Positions 9,388-18,397 of a stretch of 32,000 nt of DNA are shown here, piece after piece (within the stretch, counting starts at the first letter, position 1; the number at the start of each line of letters is the position of its first letter). Source of the DNA: an uncultured Clostridia bacterium (GTDB lineage: Bacteria; Bacillota; Clostridia; Christensenellales; JAWKQI01); contig CAYVRJ010000001.1 in NCBI GenBank assembly GCA_964453645.1, positions 106,301 to 138,300 of the forward strand, given 5' to 3'. A program made the position numbers and the translations under genes. The notes beneath the pieces are model-generated. The model was not told where the DNA came from, made no database searches, and saw only the letters and a program-made list of their open reading frames with translations.

Positions 9388-10485
9388 ATGAAAAGTAAGC
9401 TACTCAGTGAAAAGAAACTATCTGCCGTCATCGGCTTTGATGGTTTTGTAGATGAAGTGGTTCACGTGGTGGACAAGCGAATTGATGCGGATAACTATAC
9501 CCGGGTGGAGACCCTTGCGGAGTATGGGACGCGCATTGCAAAGGCCTCGGGGCTTTCCTTTAACGTGGAGATTTTCCCCGTTGCCAAGAAATTGGGGGGC
9601 AATGGGCCGATCTTCGCCCTGGGGCTTAAAAAGTTTGGCATGGGCATCACCTACATCGGTGCCACGGGGCTTGCAAACACCAACAGCGTGTTTGCGGACT
9701 TAGCCCAGGGTTCCACAGTGATTGGGGTGACAGACCCTGCCCAAACAGATGCCATGGAGTTTTTGGACGGAAAGATCATCCGCTCCAAGCTCTCCACCCT
9801 CAATTCCCTCACATGGGAAAAGATTGTCAGTAAGCGGTCTGCTGGGGAATTAGCAGAACTGTTTGATGGTGCAGACCTTTTAAGCTTTAACAACTGGACG
9901 ATGATCACCCACATGAGTGACATTTGGTCGCATTTGTTAGAAGAAGTGTTTCCCCTAATGCGCAGCAGGGACAAGACGGTGTTCTTTGATTTGGCAGACC
10001 CTGAAAAGCGCAAACCCCAAGACATTCTCCACGCTCTTTCGCTGATTCAACAGTTTGAGAAGAGTGGCTTTTGCGTGGTGCTGGGGCTGAATAAAAAGGA
10101 AGCCTGTGAGATTTACGAGTTGATGACCCATGATAAGATTCTCGATTACGTTACTTTCGACCTTGAAAAGGTGTGTGTGAAGGTTTATGATCAGTTGGGA
10201 ATTCGCTGTCTGGTGGTTCACCCAACAGACCGTGCGGCTTGTGTGGTTGGCGGTGAATACTTTGAAGTGCAGGGGCCGTATTGCAAAAATCCGGTGTTAA
10301 CAACGGGTGCGGGGGATAACTTTAATGCTGGGTTTGTGCTGGGATATATGTCCCACTTAACCCCAACCGAGTGTTTGGAACTGGGTAACTTTTCATCGGG
10401 TTATTATGTGCGTTTTGCCAGAAGTGCCGATGTGTCCGAATTACTCTCCTTTATGGAGGACTTTAAACAAGGTAAAATCCAATAA
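9388..10485 (+). CDS. PfkB-family carbohydrate kinase
   Basis: C-terminal PfkB signature region VLTTGAGDNFNAGFVLGYM; N-terminal GFDGFVDEVVHVV. Start likely the ATG at 9388. Confidence 0.87.
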   Translation: MKSKLLSEKKLSAVIGFDGFVDEVVHVVDKRIDADNYTRVETLAEYGTRIAKASGLSFNVEIFPVAKKLGGNGPIFALGLKKFGMGITYIGATGLANTNSVFADLAQGSTVIGVTDPAQTDAMEFLDGKIIRSKLSTLNSLTWEKIVSKRSAGELAELFDGADLLSFNNWTMITHMSDIWSHLLEEVFPLMRSRDKTVFFDLADPEKRKPQDILHALSLIQQFEKSGFCVVLGLNKKEACEIYELMTHDKILDYVTFDLEKVCVKVYDQLGIRCLVVHPTDRAACVVGGEYFEVQGPYCKNPVLTTGAGDNFNAGFVLGYMSHLTPTECLELGNFSSGYYVRFARSADVSELLSFMEDFKQGKIQ

Positions 10486-10500
10486 AAAAATGTTGAAAGT

Positions 10501-11682
10501 TTAGGGCTGATAGATTTCTATCGGCTCTTTCTTTTTGCGGTTCATCACTAAAAAGATGGTTCCTCCAATGAGAGCGGGAATGCCGGATATCATCAGCATG
10601 CTGTTGATACCCATGGTTTCGGATAAAAATCCAAACAGCGGGTTTCCCACCATCTGGGAGATGCTGAGTGTGGCTTGGTAGATGAGGGCAGCCCCCGATA
10701 GGAACTTTACGTCCACGTGTTTGGCAATATAATAAACCACGCCGGGCACGAAGAGGGCAAAGGAAATGGCTTGCAGTGCAACAAACACCCACACGAGAAA
10801 TACGTTGGATGCCAAAGAGAGCGCAATGGAGCGAATGAAATAACCCACCATGCCAAAACCCAGCAGTTTGGATACGCCAAATTTATTCTTGAGTTTGGTG
10901 AACCCCAGCATCACCCAAAACTCTGCAAAGGCCATGATGAAATAGGCAATACCCACTTCCGACTGATTTCCCCCCAGATGTTGAATCAGCAGGGGGGTGA
11001 AGGTGGCCATGGAGACAAAAGTTAAATAGGACAAAAAGGCTGTGACTAAAAGGAGCACATATTTTTTGTTGCCAAAGAGATAGGATGCCGACTTGCGGAT
11101 GGTGATGTGCGTGGCATTTTCGTGCACTTGGGGGTTGGGGATTTTAAGAATCACGGTGAGGATGGTGAGGAACACCAAGATCATTGCATAAATCGCCAAG
11201 TGATTTCCAAAAGACGAAAACAACTGGCCCAGTACAATGGCAAAAACAGCGTATGTTAAAGAACCAATGCTGCGCACCCGGCCGTAGTCTAGCTTCACCT
11301 TTTGCTTTTGCAGCTTAGTGATCCAGGAATCGATAATACCCGTGAGAGACTGGGTGGTACCCAAAACAACCACCGAAAAACCCACAATAAAGGCGGGAGC
11401 TTCATAGAAGAAAAAGAGCAGGGGCAGCCCCGCAGTGCCCACCAGCAGCACAATGGCGATCATTTGTTTGATTTTGTTGAACTTATCCGACAAATATCCA
11501 AAGACCGGCTGACAGATAAAACAACTGATGGCTGTCCACATTAAGGCGATGCCAATGCTAAAATCCGAATATCCGAAACTCTTTAAAAATACCGTATAAT
11601 ATCCGCAAAAAATGAGTATCACAGTAAAATATCCGCCCATGAGGACGGAAAATCTGCTCGTCAATCCCTTTACTTCTTTCAA
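10501..11682 (-). CDS. MFS transporter
   Basis: 393 aa with about 12 hydrophobic segments; PVFGYLSDKFNKIKQ and DYGRVRSIGSLTYAVFA; TTG start preceded by AGGAGAGG. Confidence 0.87.
   Translation of the reverse strand: MKEVKGLTSRFSVLMGGYFTVILIFCGYYTVFLKSFGYSDFSIGIALMWTAISCFICQPVFGYLSDKFNKIKQMIAIVLLVGTAGLPLLFFFYEAPAFIVGFSVVVLGTTQSLTGIIDSWITKLQKQKVKLDYGRVRSIGSLTYAVFAIVLGQLFSSFGNHLAIYAMILVFLTILTVILKIPNPQVHENATHITIRKSASYLFGNKKYVLLLVTAFLSYLTFVSMATFTPLLIQHLGGNQSEVGIAYFIMAFAEFWVMLGFTKLKNKFGVSKLLGFGMVGYFIRSIALSLASNVFLVWVFVALQAISFALFVPGVVYYIAKHVDVKFLSGAALIYQATLSISQMVGNPLFGFLSETMGINSMLMISGIPALIGGTIFLVMNRKKKEPIEIYQP
10503..10537 (+). terminator. Rho-independent terminator for the + strand run
   Basis: AGGGCTGATAG-attt-CTATCGGCTCT (11 bp stem with two G-U pairs) followed by TTCTTTTT; lies inside the 3' end of the convergent MFS gene. 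Confidence 0.65.
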
Positions 11683-11711
11683 TGGCCTCTCCTCTTCTAG
11701 TAACTGACAAC

Positions 11712-11740
11712 ACTATACCACACAACACGTCTTGTTTCAA
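11712..11740 (-). promoter_or_regulatory. Sigma-A-type promoter for the MFS gene
   Basis: On the - strand: TTGAAA (11740-11735), 17 nt spacer, TATAGT (11717-11712). Confidence 0.65.
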
Positions 11741-11784
11741 CTAAAAATATGTGCCGTAAAAAGGCATAAGAATCTTCAAATTAC

Positions 11785-11813
11785 TTGATAATTCGACAGT
11801 TCAACAGTATAAT
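11785..11813 (+). promoter_or_regulatory. Sigma-A-type promoter for the radical SAM/nucleotide-sugar cassette
   Basis: TTGATA (11785-11790), 17 nt spacer, TATAAT (11808-11813), 36 nt upstream of the start codon. Confidence 0.78.
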
Positions 11814-11849
11814 ACAGGAATGGTTTATTAAAACAGAAGGGTTTCTGTG

Positions 11850-13757
11850 ATGAAAAATGTGTATTTAGCCCAGCCCAATTATCTCTATGGCAACAACGCT
11901 TACTTACCCTATTCGGCAGGAGCTATTGCTGCCTATGCCTTTGACGATCCCCAAGTGGCAGCGCACTATGCCTTGCCCCCCATTCTTTTTTTGCGCAGAG
12001 ATATTGCAAAGGTTGTGGAAGAACTGGACAACCCATGTGTGTTTGGGTTTTCAAATTATGTCTGGAATTTCGAGTACAACTTGTTGCTTGCAAGGGCTGT
12101 GAAAGCTGCTTATCCCGATTGTCTCATCCTCTTTGGAGGGCATCACATTCAAACCAATTCGGTGGAACTATTAAAAGACCACCGTTTTATCGATATACTC
12201 ATCTACGACGAGGGAGAAAAACCCTTTAGAGACATACTCAAGGCACTCCTAAACGGACAAGGGTTTGAAGACATTACAAACATCGCATACCGCAAAGACG
12301 GGTTGATTGTTGCAAACCAACTGGAGCGCTGGGAGGATACGGACTATCCCTCCCCCTACCTCACCGGGGTTTTTGACAACATCATCAGCGATACAAACGT
12401 TCACTTCACGGCAACTTTAGAGACCAACCGGGGGTGCCCGTTCTCCTGTGCCTACTGCGATTGGGGCATTTATAAATCCAAACTCAGAGCCTTTCCCATG
12501 GAGCGGATTGCAGAGGAAATCCAGTGGTTTTCAAAGAACCGAATCGAACTGGTCATGGGTGCGGATTCCAACTTCGGCATTTTGGAGAGAGATGTAGACA
12601 TTGCCAAAATGTTGATTAAAGCCAAGAAAGAGACGGGGTATCCCCAAAAGTTTCGGGTGTCCTACACCAAAAACAGCAACAAAACGGTATATGCCATCAA
12701 TGAGGCCTTAAACAACTCAGGTATGAGCAAGGGAGCAACGCTGTCCTTCCAAAGCTTAAGTGAAAGGGTGCTTCAAAATATCAACCGTAAGAACATGGAT
12801 ATGGGTATGTTTTCAGAGCTGCTCAAGCTCTACAATGCAAACAATATTCCCACCTACTCGGAAATTATCATGGGATTGCCGGGGGAGACCTATGCATCTT
12901 TTGTGCAGGGCATTGATACCCTGTTGGAAAATGGCCAGCACAACTCCATTAATATTTATAACTGTGAACTGCTGCCCAATTCCCTCATGGCCTCAAAGGA
13001 ATATATGCAAACCCATGCGATACAAACCATAAGAACGCCCCTAAACCAATACCACTGCGAACCCCAATCGGGGGATATCACCGAGTATTCCAACGTGGTG
13101 GTGAGCAACAGCACGATGACCATGGACGATTGGGTATTGTGTAACGTCTTTTCTGTGGTGGTCCAGTGTTTCCACTGTTTGGGGCTGTTGCAGTACATCG
13201 CAGTATTTGCCCGGCACAGGTACGGCGTACCCTACCACAAGTTTTACAGCCAGTTGCTCTCCTTTTTACCCGGATGCACAGGCATTGGTCTTATTTTCAA
13301 TAAAATTGTGAACCAAATAAAGGGCATCTCCTCGGGAAGCACTTGGGAGTATACAAATCCAAAGTTTGGTAACATCACTTGGCCCTTGGACGAGGGTGCT
13401 TTTTTGGAGTGTATGTGTCTCATGGACAGTTTTTATGAGGAACTCACCCCCTTCTTTGAGACGATGATACCCAATCGTGAGGAATTGCAGGAACTGATTC
13501 GCTATCAAAAGGCCTTGGTTAAGAAACCCTTTGATCGGGACTTCCGCTTGACGTGTGTTTACGACTTTAAGGATTATTTCGAAAAGGTGTATCTGGGGTC
13601 TGAAGTTGAACTTCAAAAAAAGTTGTGCACTTATGAAGTTTGTGTGGGAAAGACATACCACTCCTTTGCGTTATACGCAGTGGAAGTGGTGTGGTACGGC
13701 CGCAAGGGTGGAACGAATATATATCAAACAAATTATTTGCATGAAGGCCTTGCGTAA
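11850..13757 (+). CDS. B12-binding-domain-type radical SAM protein
   Basis: N-terminal domain with LILFGGHHIQTN and IYDEGEKPF, then the radical SAM CxxxCxxC motif in ETNRGCPFSCAYCDWG. GTG at 11847 is an alternative start. Confidence 0.85.
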   Translation: MKNVYLAQPNYLYGNNAYLPYSAGAIAAYAFDDPQVAAHYALPPILFLRRDIAKVVEELDNPCVFGFSNYVWNFEYNLLLARAVKAAYPDCLILFGGHHIQTNSVELLKDHRFIDILIYDEGEKPFRDILKALLNGQGFEDITNIAYRKDGLIVANQLERWEDTDYPSPYLTGVFDNIISDTNVHFTATLETNRGCPFSCAYCDWGIYKSKLRAFPMERIAEEIQWFSKNRIELVMGADSNFGILERDVDIAKMLIKAKKETGYPQKFRVSYTKNSNKTVYAINEALNNSGMSKGATLSFQSLSERVLQNINRKNMDMGMFSELLKLYNANNIPTYSEIIMGLPGETYASFVQGIDTLLENGQHNSINIYNCELLPNSLMASKEYMQTHAIQTIRTPLNQYHCEPQSGDITEYSNVVVSNSTMTMDDWVLCNVFSVVVQCFHCLGLLQYIAVFARHRYGVPYHKFYSQLLSFLPGCTGIGLIFNKIVNQIKGISSGSTWEYTNPKFGNITWPLDEGAFLECMCLMDSFYEELTPFFETMIPNREELQELIRYQKALVKKPFDRDFRLTCVYDFKDYFEKVYLGSEVELQKKLCTYEVCVGKTYHSFALYAVEVVWYGRKGGTNIYQTNYLHEGLA

Positions 13758-13766
13758 AGATTGAAA

Positions 13767-13804
13767 ACGATTTGTGCCGTATGTGAAACGGCGGAATGGA
13801 GTTT
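13767..13804 (+). repeat. Duplicated leader element, copy 1 (upstream of gmd)
   Basis: acgatttgtgccgtatgtgaaacggcggaatggagttt, 33/38 identical to 18357-18394. Confidence 0.7.
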
Positions 13805-13807
13805 ATT

Positions 13808-14815
13808 TTGAAAAAAGCACTGATTACAGGCATCACCGGGCAAGACGGTTCATATCTTGCCGAACTGTTGCTGAAAAAAAACTATGAGGTCCACGGCATT
13901 GTGAGGAGAGCCAGTGTGTTTAACACCGAGCGAATCGATCACATCTTAAAGGACATTCAGACGTACCACGGGGATCTCACCGATTCCTCCAACCTAAACC
14001 GCCTCATGGAAAAGATTGAGCCCGACGAAATTTATAACCTTGCGGCTCAGTCCCACGTGAAGGTGAGTTTTGAGGTGCCCGAGTACACCGCCGAGGTAGA
14101 CGCTGTGGGCACCCTAAAAATGCTGGACACATTGTCTGAACTGCGAACCCACACCCGGTTTTATCAAGCCTCCACCTCCGAATTGTTCGGTGGGTTTCCC
14201 GAAACGGCACCCCAGAGCGAAACAACCCCTTTCACTCCCCGCTCTCCCTATGCTGCCGCAAAACTCTATGCCTATTGGGTCACCGTGAATTTTCGCGAGG
14301 CCTATAATCTCTATGCCTGCAACGGCATATTGTTTAACCACGAATCTCCCCGCAGAGGCAAGACGTTTGTGACAAAAAAGATCACCATGGCGGTGGCCGA
14401 CATCGTTAGGGGCAAGCAGGAAAAGCTCACCCTGGGCAACATGGATGCAAAGCGGGACTGGGGTTATGCCAAGGACTACGTATACGCCATGTGGCTCATG
14501 TTACAACAGGAAAAACCCGACGACTACGTGATTGCAACGGGGGAAACCCACTCTGTGCGAGAGTTTGTGGAAGCTGCCTTTCGTTATGTGGACATCACCA
14601 TTGAGTGGCAGGGCAGCGGTGTGCATGAAGTGGGCAGAGATGCTAAGACGGGAAAGATTTTAGTGGACATAAACCCAAAATATTTTCGGCCAACCGAGGT
14701 GGACTGCCTGCTGGGCGATGCCACAAAAGCAAAGGAACAGTTGGGTTTTGTGCCCAAAACCTCCTTTGAAGAACTGGTGCACATCATGATGGAGTACGAC
14801 CTTCATGAGAGATGA
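13808..14815 (+). CDS. gmd: GDP-mannose 4,6-dehydratase
   Basis: [77 protein letters not shown]. Likely TTG start at 13808 with a GGAG RBS; the ATG at 13796 overlaps the Shine-Dalgarno. Confidence 0.95.
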   Translation: MKKALITGITGQDGSYLAELLLKKNYEVHGIVRRASVFNTERIDHILKDIQTYHGDLTDSSNLNRLMEKIEPDEIYNLAAQSHVKVSFEVPEYTAEVDAVGTLKMLDTLSELRTHTRFYQASTSELFGGFPETAPQSETTPFTPRSPYAAAKLYAYWVTVNFREAYNLYACNGILFNHESPRRGKTFVTKKITMAVADIVRGKQEKLTLGNMDAKRDWGYAKDYVYAMWLMLQQEKPDDYVIATGETHSVREFVEAAFRYVDITIEWQGSGVHEVGRDAKTGKILVDINPKYFRPTEVDCLLGDATKAKEQLGFVPKTSFEELVHIMMEYDLHER

Positions 14816-15740
14816 AAAAATTTATTTGGCGGGGCACACCGGCTTGGTGGGAAGCGCCATATTTAAGGCCCTTAAGGACAGGGGATATACAAATATTCTC
14901 ACCGCTTCCCACAGGGAGCTGGATTTAACCAGGCAGGCGGACACAGAGGCTTTTTTCGAGCGGGAAAAGCCAACATACGTCATATTAGCTGCTGCAAAGG
15001 TGGGGGGCATTGGGGCGAATATGCAGAGTATGGCCGACTTTGGTTATATCAACGCCATGATCGGGGCAAACGTCATACACAGCGCCTACGCATACGGAGT
15101 AAAAAAACTCTTGTATTTGGGCAGTTCGTGTATATATCCAAGGCAGTGCCCCCAGCCCATGCGGGAGGACTGCCTCCTAACGGGTATTCCCGAACCCACC
15201 AACGAAGCCTATGCCCTCTCCAAAATATTGGGGCTTAAGCTTTGCGAGTACTACAACACCCAGTACAACTGCAACTTTATCAGTGCCATGCCCTGCAACA
15301 TATACGGTGAGGGGGACAATTTCGACGAAAAGACGTCCCACGTCATCCCTGCCCTCATGCAAAAGATGCACAACGCCCATGTTCGGGGGGAGGATAGCGT
15401 TCTCATTTGGGGCACGGGCAGAGCTAGACGGGAGTTTTTACACGTCTTTGACTTGGCTTTGGCCTGTATCTTTCTGCTGGAAAACTACGATGACAAACAG
15501 TTTGTCAACGTGGGTGCTGGGCATGACGTGACCATTGCCCAGTTGGCAGATATGATGCGCCAGGTGGTGGGCTTTCGGGGGGAAATCGTCTTCGATACCT
15601 CCAAACCCGACGGCATGATGAAAAAGTGTGTGGATACGTCTAAAATCAATGGCCTGGGGTGGAAGAGTGAGATCGATCTTATGAATGGCCTTAAGCAGAC
15701 GTACGCTTGGTTTTTAGAAAATATTGTGAGGTATACATGA
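14805..15740 (+). CDS. fcl: GDP-L-fucose synthase-like (GDP-4-keto-6-deoxymannose 3,5-epimerase/4-reductase), possibly a GDP-colitose-synthase role
   Basis: [71 protein letters not shown]; overlaps gmd by 11 nt. Confidence 0.87.
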   Translation: MRDEKIYLAGHTGLVGSAIFKALKDRGYTNILTASHRELDLTRQADTEAFFEREKPTYVILAAAKVGGIGANMQSMADFGYINAMIGANVIHSAYAYGVKKLLYLGSSCIYPRQCPQPMREDCLLTGIPEPTNEAYALSKILGLKLCEYYNTQYNCNFISAMPCNIYGEGDNFDEKTSHVIPALMQKMHNAHVRGEDSVLIWGTGRARREFLHVFDLALACIFLLENYDDKQFVNVGAGHDVTIAQLADMMRQVVGFRGEIVFDTSKPDGMMKKCVDTSKINGLGWKSEIDLMNGLKQTYAWFLENIVRYT

Positions 15741-16888
15741 AAAAATATCCGTTGGCGTCGGGGACGTGGGGACAAGAGGAACGGGAAGCAATCCTTCGGG
15801 TGATGGACAGGGACATGTTCACCATGGGTCAAGAAGTGTTAGAGTGCGAACAGGCCTTTGCTAAACAGTTTGGTGCAAACTATGCGGTCATGTGTAATTC
15901 GGGTTCGTCTGCAAATTTGTTGGCAGTGGGAGCTATGGTCTATTCGGGCAGATGGCAGCGGGGAGACGAAATCATCGTTCCCGCAATTGCATGGGCAACG
16001 ACGTACTATCCCCTCTATCAATACGGGCTGAAGCTTCGGTTTGTGGATATCGACAGGGAAACCCTGAACATCAGCATCCCCGCCTTAAAAGAGGCGATCA
16101 CCCCCAACACCAAGGGGCTGGTTGCAGTGAATCTCCTTGGCAACCCCAACGAGTTCAATGATATTGAACGTATTTGCAGGGATGGGGGGATCACCTACTT
16201 CGAGGACAACTGCGAGAGTATGGGTGCCAAATACAAGGGCAAATATGCGGGAACCTTTGGGCTTATGGGCACGTACAGCTCCTTTTTCTCCCACCACATC
16301 TCCACCATGGAGGGTGGGTTTATCACAACCGACGATGAACTACTCTACGACATGCTCAAGTGCCTGCGGGCACACGGCTGGACGAGGAATTTAAATAGTG
16401 ACAGCGTGTTGTTTGAGAAGGGGGATGAATTTTACGAACTGTTTCACTTTATCCTTCCGGGTTACAACTTTCGCCCCATGGAGATGCAAGGGGCCATCGG
16501 GAAAGAACAGCTCAAGCGTTTGGAAGGGTTTGTAACCCTGCGGCGGCAAAACGCACTGTATTTTAAAGAGAAGTTTAGGGACTTACCCCTCACCGTGCAA
16601 CAAGAGACGGGGGAAAGCTCCTATTTTGGACTGGCATTTCTTTTAAACAAACCCGGCAAACGCAATGCACTGGCAAAAAAGCTAATGGACAGCGGCATTG
16701 AGTGCAGGCCGGTGATGACGGGTAATTTCACCAAAAATCCCGTGATTCAATATATGGAGTTTAATATTTCGGGCACCCTGGACAATGCGGATTATGTCCA
16801 TGAAAACGGCATATTCCTTGGCAACCACAGCTACGACTTAAGGCAACACATCGACTATGCCTACGACGTAATTTGCGGAGAACTGTGA
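15737..16888 (+). CDS. DegT/DnrJ/EryC1-family PLP enzyme with Lys-to-His substitution; ColD-like GDP-4-keto-6-deoxy-D-mannose 3-dehydratase candidate
   Basis: DegT-fold motifs (GSSANLLAV, FEDNCESMGAKYKGK). The active-site segment is SSFFSHHISTMEGG where aminotransferases have a catalytic Lys; RAHGWTRNL follows. ATGA overlap with fcl. Confidence 0.8.
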   Translation: MKKYPLASGTWGQEEREAILRVMDRDMFTMGQEVLECEQAFAKQFGANYAVMCNSGSSANLLAVGAMVYSGRWQRGDEIIVPAIAWATTYYPLYQYGLKLRFVDIDRETLNISIPALKEAITPNTKGLVAVNLLGNPNEFNDIERICRDGGITYFEDNCESMGAKYKGKYAGTFGLMGTYSSFFSHHISTMEGGFITTDDELLYDMLKCLRAHGWTRNLNSDSVLFEKGDEFYELFHFILPGYNFRPMEMQGAIGKEQLKRLEGFVTLRRQNALYFKEKFRDLPLTVQQETGESSYFGLAFLLNKPGKRNALAKKLMDSGIECRPVMTGNFTKNPVIQYMEFNISGTLDNADYVHENGIFLGNHSYDLRQHIDYAYDVICGEL

Positions 16889-16891
16889 AGA

Positions 16892-18337
16892 ATGGATTAT
16901 AATATGAGCAGTTTTGTATTTGGCACCGGTGGGATCCGGGAAGTGATGGGGCAAGGCGAAGGGAAGATGAACGACGATGTGATTATTTTGGCATCTCTGG
17001 CGCTTGCCCGGTTTCTCTTTGAAAAGTTTGAGAACCCCAAAGTTTTGGTGGCCTACGACAGCAGAATCAATTCCAAGGAGTGGGCGAACCTCACGGCAAA
17101 GGTGTTGGTCTCCAAGGGGGTTGAGGCCTTTGTTTTTGATCGGCTGTGCCCCACCCCGGTGCTCAGCTTTGCTATTTTACATCTGAATTTATCGGCAGGG
17201 GTGGTGATCACCGCCAGCCACAACACAAAGGAATACAACGGTTATAAGGTGTACGGGCACACCGGGGTGCAGTGCGTGCCCCAAGAGACCAAACAAATAA
17301 CAAAACACGGCCAGCAGTGTAGCGTCTTTGATTATGTTGAGCCAGAGGCAGACATTCAAACGGTTGGGGAGGACGTGCTGCGTGCCTTTTATGATGCCGT
17401 GCTCTGTGAATCTGTCTTTGAAGAAACTGCAACTGCAAGTGAACTAAACGTTGTGTTCACCCCCCTCCACGGAACGGGTGGCCTGCCCGTTCTCACAGTG
17501 CTTAGAGAAGCGGGATTTCGTGATGTGTTGGTGGTGGAAGAACAGTTTGAACCCGATGGCAATTTCCCCACCGTGGATTCCCCCAACCCCGAGGAACCCT
17601 CCGCTCTAAAAATGGCCATTGACTTGGCGAATCAGACGGGTGCGGATATAGTCATTGGCACAGACCCGGATTGCGACAGGGTGGGGGTTGCGGTGCGCCA
17701 CATGGGTAAGTACGTGCAGCTCAGCGGCAACGAGGCAGGGGCACTGCTCACCGGGTATCTCCTTTTCAAAAAGAGCGGCAACACCTTGGTGAAAACAGTT
17801 GTGTCGGGAGAGCTGGGCGGGCAAATTGCCCGGCAAAACGGACTAAACGTAATCAATACTCCCACTGGGTTTAAATACATCGGCGAACAGATGGAAAGCT
17901 TAGGCGAAGACTTCTTTTTTGCCTACGAGGAGAGCTTTGGTTATTTGGGCGGGCGTTATGCCCGGGACAAATGCGGGGTGGGCGCATGTCTGCTCCTGTG
18001 CCAATGTGCGGCACACCATAAACAACGGGGAAAAACCTTAGTGGATGCCCTAAACGAACTCAAAGCAACCTATGGCCACTACCAAGACTTTGGCCAGAGT
18101 ATACGGCTTGACCCCGGTCAACAGGAGAAAGTGATTGAACGGTTAAAAAGCTTGGATGGAATTTTGGAGGTGGAGGAGGCAGGTAGTTTCTTAAAACTGC
18201 ACTTTCACAACGGATGGATTGCCGTTCGGCCTTCGGGTACCGAACCAAAACTCAAGCTGTATTACAGCGCCAAGGGAGAGAGCCATGAAGCGGCTCAAGT
18301 AGCACTGGATGAACTAAAGAAAAGAGTAGGGGCTTAA
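16892..18337 (+). CDS. Phosphohexomutase (phosphomannomutase/phosphoglucomutase family)
   Basis: ITASHNTKEYNGYKVY (phosphoserine loop), GTDPDCDRVGVAV (metal loop), EESFGYLGG (sugar loop), RPSGTEPKLKLYY. The context fits a GDP-mannose supply role. Confidence 0.88.
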   Translation: MDYNMSSFVFGTGGIREVMGQGEGKMNDDVIILASLALARFLFEKFENPKVLVAYDSRINSKEWANLTAKVLVSKGVEAFVFDRLCPTPVLSFAILHLNLSAGVVITASHNTKEYNGYKVYGHTGVQCVPQETKQITKHGQQCSVFDYVEPEADIQTVGEDVLRAFYDAVLCESVFEETATASELNVVFTPLHGTGGLPVLTVLREAGFRDVLVVEEQFEPDGNFPTVDSPNPEEPSALKMAIDLANQTGADIVIGTDPDCDRVGVAVRHMGKYVQLSGNEAGALLTGYLLFKKSGNTLVKTVVSGELGGQIARQNGLNVINTPTGFKYIGEQMESLGEDFFFAYEESFGYLGGRYARDKCGVGACLLLCQCAAHHKQRGKTLVDALNELKATYGHYQDFGQSIRLDPGQQEKVIERLKSLDGILEVEEAGSFLKLHFHNGWIAVRPSGTEPKLKLYYSAKGESHEAAQVALDELKKRVGA

Positions 18338-18356
18338 CGTGAGAGATTTTTTACGG

Positions 18357-18394
18357 ACGATTTGTGACGTAAGCCAGACGGCGGAATGGAGTTT
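18357..18394 (+). repeat. Duplicated leader element, copy 2 (upstream of manC)
   Basis: acgatttgtgacgtaagccagacggcggaatggagttt, 33/38 identical to 13767-13804. Confidence 0.7.
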
Positions 18395-18397
18395 TTT

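Noticed and set aside
16896-16904. TATAAT-like sequence just after the DegT-family gene (gattataatatg)
   Set aside because: No -35 at 16-18 nt and it overlaps the start codon of the phosphohexomutase; more likely AT-rich initiation region.
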